Part shown: positions 9,389-16,295 of the stretch, in pieces
Numbering within the stretch: the first letter of the stretch is position 1
Layout: every line of letters begins with the position of its first letter
DNA from: Candidatus Fermentibacterota bacterium
GTDB lineage: Bacteria; JAFGKV01
Reading direction: 5' to 3'
Assembly: GCA_016928395.1 (NCBI GenBank)
Contig: JAFGKV010000297.1
Coordinates: forward strand, 1 to 35,965
Length of the DNA stretch: 35,965 nucleotides
Translations under genes and position numbers: made by a program
The notes under the pieces: generated by a model
What the model was told of the DNA's origin: nothing
Database searches by the model: none
Seen by the model: only the letters and a program-made list of their open reading frames with translations

Positions 9389-10619
9389 GCGAGTGATCGA
9401 CCTACTGGCTCGACTGAACGTCGCATACAAGAAGCTGCGGCTCTATCCCCCGGAACACACCATGTGCGCCACCGCCATCGATTCCGCCATGGCGGAACTT
9501 CACTCCGTGATCGCGGATGAGTCGGCAATCACCATTGGACTCACCGGCACCACCGCAGTACACAAAGGGGTTCCGCTGGTGGATCTCGGTGCGAAGGCGC
9601 AGGTCTTGCTCGATGCGCTGGCAGCCATTAAGGCCCAGTGGGTTCGCTTTGATCGAGCACTCACAAGGGATGAGCTCATCAGGTTTCTCATCTTCCTGGC
9701 AGACCACAACGACCTCGTCCATAGGGAGACCACACCTTCAAGGTGGCAGGGGGAGGGAATCCGTCTCGGCTTTGCCGAGGGTCTAGACTCGCCATCCGAC
9801 CTCTACACCGGGGCAGGCGAAGCGCTTCAGGCGATCGCGCTATCGTTCAGAGCCGGCGGAAGCTCTCTGCCCCTTCTGGAGTTGGGGGATTTCGTCCAAA
9901 GAATCGGCAAGGAGGTAGCTGAGGGATCTCCTCCTTTGGGTGTCTTGGAGCTTGCCATGACCCAAAGAGAGTACATCATACGTCGTTCGCTCCTGACATC
10001 CACGCTGGGCATGGGGATAGGTCGAAGGCTGGGCCTGCCGTCCCGACTTCTGCCCGAGCTTGGCCTCGCGGGCATGCTGGCGGATCTGGCGTTGTTCAGG
10101 GTTGATGAGCCCATACTGAATAGCCGCCACGGCGGAACCCAGATGATTCCACGCTGGGCGGAGCATCCTTCCGAGGCCGCGCGCATTCTCTCCGCCGCCG
10201 GGGCGCCCTCACTGGTCATAGTCGTGGCGGCGGAACACCACTGGGGCCTGAAGTATGCCTCCCCCGCCCGCCATCCAGCGTCTTCCCTGGTAGGGTTGGC
10301 TGACACACTGGTGGGGTACTTTCTGGGAGGATACGGCTCCGCATCCCACCGATTGGATCTTGCGCTCATAGAAGTGGCTTCGGAACACACCCACTACCCC
10401 GCCGAGCTTGTGCGGGCCGTTCTGCAGATGAGTGGGCTGTTCGTCAAGGGCGCACGCGTCCGTCTATCCAACCGCGCGAAAGGAGAAATAGTAACGCCAA
10501 ATCCCGTCGACCCGCTGAGGCCCGAAGTGCTGATAGATGGTGAGGGCGATGGCATGAGGCTCATCGATCTGAACTCTCAGGGCGAACGGCTTGCCCTGGC
10601 TGCGGTACTGGGAGACTGA
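9381..10619 (+). CDS. HD-GYP-like domain protein with degenerate catalytic motifs
   Basis: Layout of an HD-GYP protein (GRRLGL...LGLAGML-AD...HP...AEHH...VGLAD...GLFVKGARVRLSN...DPLRPEV), but HD is replaced by AD and HHExxDGxGYP is not conserved. Overlaps the upstream stop by 8 nt; GGAGG RBS. Confidence 0.75.
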   Translation: MPERVIDLLARLNVAYKKLRLYPPEHTMCATAIDSAMAELHSVIADESAITIGLTGTTAVHKGVPLVDLGAKAQVLLDALAAIKAQWVRFDRALTRDELIRFLIFLADHNDLVHRETTPSRWQGEGIRLGFAEGLDSPSDLYTGAGEALQAIALSFRAGGSSLPLLELGDFVQRIGKEVAEGSPPLGVLELAMTQREYIIRRSLLTSTLGMGIGRRLGLPSRLLPELGLAGMLADLALFRVDEPILNSRHGGTQMIPRWAEHPSEAARILSAAGAPSLVIVVAAEHHWGLKYASPARHPASSLVGLADTLVGYFLGGYGSASHRLDLALIEVASEHTHYPAELVRAVLQMSGLFVKGARVRLSNRAKGEIVTPNPVDPLRPEVLIDGEGDGMRLIDLNSQGERLALAAVLGD

Positions 10620-10624
10620 CGCTC

Positions 10625-12085
10625 GTGCCCCACGTACATCTCCTCGGTATAGGAGGAAGCGGGATGAGCGGCCTGGCAGGGCTCTTCGTTCAGGCGGGAT
10701 GGGAGGTATCCGGCTGTGACTCGGCGCACGTCCGACCTCCCGCCGCCGACACCCTGGCCGGGTTAGGAATCACCCCTTCAGTCGGTTACTCGGCGGATCA
10801 CCTCCGCCCGGCGCCGGATCTGGTGATCGTGGGCAATGTGATTCGGGAGTCGAACCCCGAAGATCACGCGGCCCGGGCCTTGGGACTTCCCCGTACACAC
10901 ATGGCAGCGGCTCTGAGAGACTTCTTCATCCGAGAGCGGACCAGCATCGTGGTTGCCGGCACCCATGGCAAGACTACATCGACTTCCATGCTGGCATTCC
11001 TGCTGTGTGACTGCGGCATGAATCCAGGGTTTTTCATCGGCGGCGTGGCACGAGACCTCGGCACCAGCTTCCGCAGGGGGCAAGAACCGTATTTCGTGAC
11101 CGAGGGCGATGAATACGATTGCGCGTGGTTTGACAAGAGCCCCAAGTTTCTCCACTACGGGCCCCGCTATCTCCTCATAACCAACGTGGAGTTCGACCAT
11201 GCGGATATCTACGCCGACCTTGACGCCGTTCGCGCGGCCTTTCGTCGGCTCGTCCAGTCGATGCCCTCGGACGGTCGACTCGTGTACTGCGCAGAATCAC
11301 CCGCCCTGGTCGACGTAGCCCGTGACGCGCCGTGTGAAGCACACTCGTACTCGGTGGAACCCTCTGTCCCGGCCACATGGATCGCCCGCGGAATACGACG
11401 CGAGGGAACGCGTACAAGGTTTAATCTTTCCTTCGATGGCATACCCATGGGCGAATTCTCGCTCCGGCTCGCCGGCCGCCACAATGTCCAGAACGCTACC
11501 GGGGTAATCGCCCTATGGCACGCCATGGGGCTCCCTCTCGAAGACCTCGCCAGACGTTTGCCTCGGTTCCGAGGAGCGGCCCGGCGTATGCAGGTGCTCA
11601 CCTGTGGCGATCTGGTGCTGGTGGACGATTTCGCCCATCACCCCACAGAGGTGCGGGCCACCCTCGCTGCGGCCAGGCAGTGGTGGCCTTCGCGTAGGCT
11701 GTGGGCGGTATTCGAGCCGAAGACTCAAACCAGTAGACGAGCAGTGCTTCAGGATGATCTGGCCAGCGCCCTGGCCTTGTCTGACGAGGTTGTGATCATC
11801 CGGCCCCATGACCTTGATACCATACCCCTACGCGAGCGCATCGATGCAGGCAGACTGGCCGATGCAATCAGGGCTCAGGGCATCCAGGTTCGGATTGCAT
11901 CCACCCACGATCAGTGCGCATCCATTGTTCAGCAGGGAGTGGGTCGTGAGACCCTAGTTGTGCTGATGAGCGCGGGGAGTCTCGCCGATGTTGCCCACAC
12001 ACTAACTTCCTATGCCACGGCCCAGGGCCTGGCGACCACCCTGGAGCCTGATGCACCCCTTTGTGCGGACCAGGATCACCGCTAA
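10625..12085 (+). CDS. mpl: UDP-MurNAc:L-Ala-gamma-D-Glu-meso-DAP ligase (murein peptide ligase, MurC family)
   Basis: GIGGSGMSGLA, VAGTHGKTTST, EGDEYDCAWFDK (Mpl-type), EFDHADIY, DDFAHHPT, AVFEP. Confidence 0.88.
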   Translation: MPHVHLLGIGGSGMSGLAGLFVQAGWEVSGCDSAHVRPPAADTLAGLGITPSVGYSADHLRPAPDLVIVGNVIRESNPEDHAARALGLPRTHMAAALRDFFIRERTSIVVAGTHGKTTSTSMLAFLLCDCGMNPGFFIGGVARDLGTSFRRGQEPYFVTEGDEYDCAWFDKSPKFLHYGPRYLLITNVEFDHADIYADLDAVRAAFRRLVQSMPSDGRLVYCAESPALVDVARDAPCEAHSYSVEPSVPATWIARGIRREGTRTRFNLSFDGIPMGEFSLRLAGRHNVQNATGVIALWHAMGLPLEDLARRLPRFRGAARRMQVLTCGDLVLVDDFAHHPTEVRATLAAARQWWPSRRLWAVFEPKTQTSRRAVLQDDLASALALSDEVVIIRPHDLDTIPLRERIDAGRLADAIRAQGIQVRIASTHDQCASIVQQGVGRETLVVLMSAGSLADVAHTLTSYATAQGLATTLEPDAPLCADQDHR

Positions 12086-13919
12086 CCTCGGGTGCCTGGC
12101 GTTCACGCTGGCGTTGGTGTTCGCCGTCGAGATGGTCCTGCGGTCAGCCGGCATTCCTCGGAGGGGAGCCCTTTTCCTGACAGAAGGGAACGAGACACGG
12201 CTATCGCCCGGTGCCGCCGCCCGCTACTTCGCCGCTCGATCGCCTCTGGTACCCGAGACCCGCTCTGAACCGTTCCAAATGCCAAAACCGGCGCGGCTTG
12301 TTCGCATCATGTGTCTTGGCGGATCGACCATGGCAGGCTACCCTTTCACCTACAACGGCACCCTGCCGTCGCTCCTGGCTGATGGGTTGCAGCACATCTT
12401 TCCTGACACCGCCATTGAGGTGCTCAACCTTGCCGTCTCCGCGGTCGGGTCATACACCGTCCTCGATCTGTGCCGTCACGCTTTAGCCTATGAGCCCGAT
12501 CTCATGGTGGTCTATACAGGCCACAACGAGTTCTACGGGGCGCTGGGCGCGGCAAGCACCCAGCGCCTTTCAACTCCCCGGTGGCTCACCCTCCTGCATC
12601 TGCGAATGCAGGATGTCGCGTTGTACCGTCTGTGGTGGGATACCATCGGGAAAGTCCGCCGGCCCAGGCAAGCCATGGACTCAGACGTGACTCTGATGGC
12701 TAGGATGGTCGGGCAACCGTGTGTCCCGTCGGACAGCCCCAGTTACCGTAAGGCAGTAGCGGTGTTCTCTGCAAATGTTGCAGACCTCTGCCGACTGTGC
12801 GCAAAGCGCGGCGTGCCGGTGGTGGTATGTGAGCTGGTGTCGAACCTGCGGGATCAACCTCCGTTTCCCGTGTGTCCGCTGGACCAGGCCCCGGGATGGA
12901 ACAACAGTCCGGATTCCAGTGCCGCAACGCTGTTTGCCCAGGCCCGTTCAGCCGAACAATCCACGGATCCGGTGAGTGCCTGTGCCCTGTACATCCGAGC
13001 GAGAGACGCCGACTGGTGTCGCTTCCGAGCCCCAGGGGAGTTCAATGATTCGCTACGGGCTATTGTCCCAAGGAAGGGCGGCGTACTTGTGGCTTTGAAA
13101 TCGCGATTCTTGGCCGCGTCGCCCTTTCCGGCACCGGGATATGACCTCTTTCTTGACCACCTTCATCCCAATCTGGATGGCTACGTCTTGGTGGCGGGCA
13201 GTATCATCCACACCATGCGGGAACAGGGCATTCTGGATCCCCCTCTGTCATGGGACGGGGCGCGGAAACTGACCCCTGGTGTGCACCGTCAGGGCGCACT
13301 GGTCACTGAGCTTGAGCACGCCATTGCCATGGACAAGGTACGTCGACTCATGAGTCACTGGCCGTTTTCTCCTGATCAGCCCTTGCCGGTGTACGTGTTC
13401 GACGACACTATCGCCACACTGGCCCGACGCTACCACGATGAGCGTTTGGCCTGGAGCGACGTTCACTTCATGGCGGCAGACTACTTGGTGCGACAGGCCC
13501 GATACGGCGAGGCATTGCGGGAAACGAAGGCGGTGTTGAAGCAGGCCGCGGGTTTCTGGCCGGCGTGGATGAAGGCAGGCGACGTGTACCTGGCCCAGCG
13601 ACGGCCACTGGATGCCGCTACGGCCTATCAGGTTGCGTCACGACTGGATGGGGGGCGAGGTCACAGCCTGGCAAAACTGGGCAGTGCCTTGCTGGCCGGG
13701 GGGAACACAGAGGAGGCCGTTTCAGTGCTGGAGGCTGCCAGGCGCCCGGAGGCCGGCCTCTCCGAGCTGGACTGGGCCCGAGCCAGCTACCTTCTGGGGA
13801 AGGCCTATGCACATCTCGGTCTTCTTGATGACGCAATGAGCATCGCGGCAGAACTGTCACGGCATCGCGAGGGGGGCAGGTTTGCCGACAAACTCAGGAT
13901 GGAGATGCCTGGTGGATAG
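12051..13919 (+). CDS. Membrane-anchored SGNH/GDSL hydrolase with C-terminal TPR repeats
   Basis: N-terminal TM helix then E-x-x-LR; block I LGGST, block III YTGHNEFYG, block V DHLHPN; TPR-like helices (AWMKAGDVYLAQ, SLAKLGSALLAGG, ASYLLGKAYAHLG). Start at 12051 is an estimate. Confidence 0.82.
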   Translation: MHPFVRTRITANLGCLAFTLALVFAVEMVLRSAGIPRRGALFLTEGNETRLSPGAAARYFAARSPLVPETRSEPFQMPKPARLVRIMCLGGSTMAGYPFTYNGTLPSLLADGLQHIFPDTAIEVLNLAVSAVGSYTVLDLCRHALAYEPDLMVVYTGHNEFYGALGAASTQRLSTPRWLTLLHLRMQDVALYRLWWDTIGKVRRPRQAMDSDVTLMARMVGQPCVPSDSPSYRKAVAVFSANVADLCRLCAKRGVPVVVCELVSNLRDQPPFPVCPLDQAPGWNNSPDSSAATLFAQARSAEQSTDPVSACALYIRARDADWCRFRAPGEFNDSLRAIVPRKGGVLVALKSRFLAASPFPAPGYDLFLDHLHPNLDGYVLVAGSIIHTMREQGILDPPLSWDGARKLTPGVHRQGALVTELEHAIAMDKVRRLMSHWPFSPDQPLPVYVFDDTIATLARRYHDERLAWSDVHFMAADYLVRQARYGEALRETKAVLKQAAGFWPAWMKAGDVYLAQRRPLDAATAYQVASRLDGGRGHSLAKLGSALLAGGNTEEAVSVLEAARRPEAGLSELDWARASYLLGKAYAHLGLLDDAMSIAAELSRHREGGRFADKLRMEMPGG

Positions 13920-14152
13920 TCCGATCGACGCCTATGCATCTGAGACAGGATAAGAGCCGCAGGAGCATCGGCCGACGGAAACCGCATGGGCCTAGGGGCG
14001 GCAGCGGCCCCGCACCATCAGCGAATGGATTTCGAACGTACCGAACCCCGAACATGCCGAAGGCCTTACTCCGCCAGAAGGCGCGCTCCACCCTGGAGCC
14101 GTGAACTCTCAAGGTCGAGCGCGGTGAGCCCCTTCCCAGCCATACTCCGGTC

Positions 14153-14182
14153 TTGACAATGGTATGCCTCTTGTGCGACCAT
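14153..14182 (+). promoter_or_regulatory. Possible sigma70-type promoter for the STAS-pcm cluster
   Basis: Perfect TTGACA at 14153, 18-nt spacer, then TG-n-GACCAT (weak extended -10). Confidence 0.35.
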
Positions 14183-14217
14183 GAAGACATGATGCAGTCA
14201 CGTGTCAGCCTGGAGAA

Positions 14218-14601
14218 GTGAGCTACATGAACGAAATTGCCTGCCGTTCCCTGGGGACTCCTCGCGCCGTCTTGATCGAGGCACATGGACGAATTCAAGG
14301 GCTTGTTTCCCAGGAGCTTCGAGATGTAGTATGGCATCAGGGATACCATGGGACGCAGTGGATGGTCTTCGATCTTCGCCACGCCACGGCATTGGATTCG
14401 ATGGCGCTGGGCGCGCTTCTTCTTGCCCGGTCTCTGTGCGCGAGACACCAGGGACAGGCGGTGCTCCTTGGGCTTTCCCCGCCGCTCATCACCTTGCTTG
14501 AGGCTTTGGGCCTGCGGGATCTCTTCATGCTGGCCGAGGACATGCGTCACGGATTGGACGCGCTGCATCGCCTCGGCGTGTCGGCGGAAGCGGATGCATG
14601 A
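14218..14601 (+). CDS. STAS-domain anti-sigma factor antagonist (SpoIIAA/RsbV-like)
   Basis: 127 aa; HGRI, MVFDLRHATALDSMALGALL with the phospho-acceptor Ser retained, and LEALGL. Confidence 0.85.
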   Translation: MSYMNEIACRSLGTPRAVLIEAHGRIQGLVSQELRDVVWHQGYHGTQWMVFDLRHATALDSMALGALLLARSLCARHQGQAVLLGLSPPLITLLEALGLRDLFMLAEDMRHGLDALHRLGVSAEADA

Positions 14602-15421
14602 GGTGTTCACGCTGCATCGCTTCAGCGGGGTGAGTGCTGCGAATCCAAGGCGATGGCGCAGCCCTGCGGTTTCCGCCCTGCGGAGGCGGCAAGGAAGACC
14701 ACACGGGTTACGGCGTGCTCACGCTCAAATCCTGTGGCTTCTTGCCCTGGTCGCAGGATGCCGAGGGGAGAGTCAGATGCACCATATCGACTGGCTGAGT
14801 GCCAGACAACGCATGGTAGAGAGGCAGATCGCCGCCCGAGGGGTACGCGATCCACGGGTTCTTGAGGCGATGATGACCGTTGAACGGCATCGGTTTGTGC
14901 CCGAGGATGTCGTCGAGTTCGCTTACTCCGATCAGCCCCTACCCATCGGGCACGGCCAGACCATCAGCCAGCCATACATCGTCGCCCTGATGACCGAACT
15001 TCTCAACCCTCAGCCTGGCGATACGGTGTTGGAAATCGGCACGGGCTCTGGCTACCAGGCCGCCGTGCTGGCGGGTTTGGTTTCACAGGTGTACACCATC
15101 GAGATTGTTGAGCCCCTGGCCGAAGAGTCACACACACGGCTTCTGGATCTCGGGTTCGACAATGTCACCGTCCGGTGCGGTGACGGCTACGCAGGATGGC
15201 CGGAGCATGCTCCATTCCGGCGGATCATCGTGACTGCCGCTCCTCCCTCGGTTCCTAAGCCGCTGCTGGAGCAGCTGACAGTGGGTGGACGCCTGGTGGT
15301 GCCGGTGGGTGATGCATTCCAGGAACTCCAGGTCATCGTACGAGAGGAGTCCGGATACCGGGTGCAGCGCAGCATTGCCGTGCGATTCGTCCCCATGGTG
15401 GGTGAGGCGCAGCGCCACTAG
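14594..15421 (+). CDS. pcm: Protein-L-isoaspartate(D-aspartate) O-methyltransferase
   Basis: [57 protein letters not shown]. Start is uncertain: ATG 14594 overlaps the STAS stop, while ATG 14777 follows GAGGGGAG. Confidence 0.95.
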   Translation: MHEVFTLHRFSGVSAANPRRWRSPAVSALRRRQGRPHGLRRAHAQILWLLALVAGCRGESQMHHIDWLSARQRMVERQIAARGVRDPRVLEAMMTVERHRFVPEDVVEFAYSDQPLPIGHGQTISQPYIVALMTELLNPQPGDTVLEIGTGSGYQAAVLAGLVSQVYTIEIVEPLAEESHTRLLDLGFDNVTVRCGDGYAGWPEHAPFRRIIVTAAPPSVPKPLLEQLTVGGRLVVPVGDAFQELQVIVREESGYRVQRSIAVRFVPMVGEAQRH

Positions 15422-15494
15422 CCCGGCATGCCCCGGTGGCCAATGGGTACCCCGCGATGACACGCCGGTCGATGCGGCAATCCACCATCCATGG

Positions 15495-15519
15495 TTCGAC
15501 GGAAGCACTCTCCGTCGAA
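15495..15519. repeat. Perfect 9-bp inverted repeat between pcm and the lipoprotein gene
   Basis: TTCGACGGA-AGCACTC-TCCGTCGAA; no U-tract follows. Confidence 0.55.
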
Positions 15520-15563
15520 TCCCGGGTAGGTATGCCCCGTGATCCGGGAGAAGCTCGAATCCG

Positions 15564-16295
15564 ATGAAACGACCATTCATGGCGGTGGGGCTGGCCATTG
15601 CGGTGATCTCCTGCGGGCACGGAGCACGGTTTCGCCCCGGTCCGTGGGTTTCCCCTCGGCCGGACAGCTTAGCGACGGCGGACACTCTGCTGGCCTCGGG
15701 ACGCGTGCTGGCCACAGAGGGAACCATCAGATTCCGTGCCCGGTGGGCAGCGGCGGCGTGCAAGGAGAACCTTCGGGTGCAGGTGTTCGGCACGGACGGC
15801 AGTTTCATCGCCGACATTTCCTTCAGCGCAGACAGCCTCAGCGCCTTCCTGCCCGGCCTTATGGAATGCCACCAAGGCGCGATCGTCGACGTGCCGTTGG
15901 ATTCACTGCTGGGTATCACCGTTCCGTGGAAAACCGGGTTGACAGTCTTGTGGGCCACGCTCTGGCCCGGCCGAATCACCGCACCTTGGGTGTCTGGCAG
16001 CCTGGGGCATCGACAGGGGTGGTATGCTCCCAGTCACGGCGCGTTCGTCCAGATCCACCCGCGTTGGCGTCTGCCGCAGTATCTGTCGTTCACCGACGGA
16101 AGTTCTTGCCTGAGCATGGAAGTGCGCTCGTGGAAATCGACCACCGCGGGGATGCTGCCATCTGCGCTCAGGTTCTCGTGGCCGGCGCGGGATGTTGAGA
16201 TGTGGATAGATCTATCGATTCGAGAGACGGAGGCCATCGAAAGTGCGGCGTTGCAGTCCATCTGTCCGCCGGGCGCGCATGCGCACGCTTGGTAA
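15564..16295 (+). CDS. Uncharacterised lipoprotein (possible LolA/LolB-like beta fold)
   Basis: MKR, hydrophobic stretch and lipobox VIS-C; beta-strand-rich body including LRVQVFG and LPSALRFSW. Confidence 0.65.
   Translation: MKRPFMAVGLAIAVISCGHGARFRPGPWVSPRPDSLATADTLLASGRVLATEGTIRFRARWAAAACKENLRVQVFGTDGSFIADISFSADSLSAFLPGLMECHQGAIVDVPLDSLLGITVPWKTGLTVLWATLWPGRITAPWVSGSLGHRQGWYAPSHGAFVQIHPRWRLPQYLSFTDGSSCLSMEVRSWKSTTAGMLPSALRFSWPARDVEMWIDLSIRETEAIESAALQSICPPGAHAHAW

Noticed and set aside
14055..14115. GCCGAAGG...AACTCTCAAGG, reminiscent of a glycine riboswitch
   Set aside because: No GGAGA 5' element, CTCTCAGG is not exact, and the downstream gene (STAS) is unrelated to glycine metabolism.
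13894..14610. 238-aa minus-strand ORF over the STAS gene and the intergenic gap
   Set aside because: No recognisable domain, and it overlaps the well-supported STAS CDS on the opposite strand.
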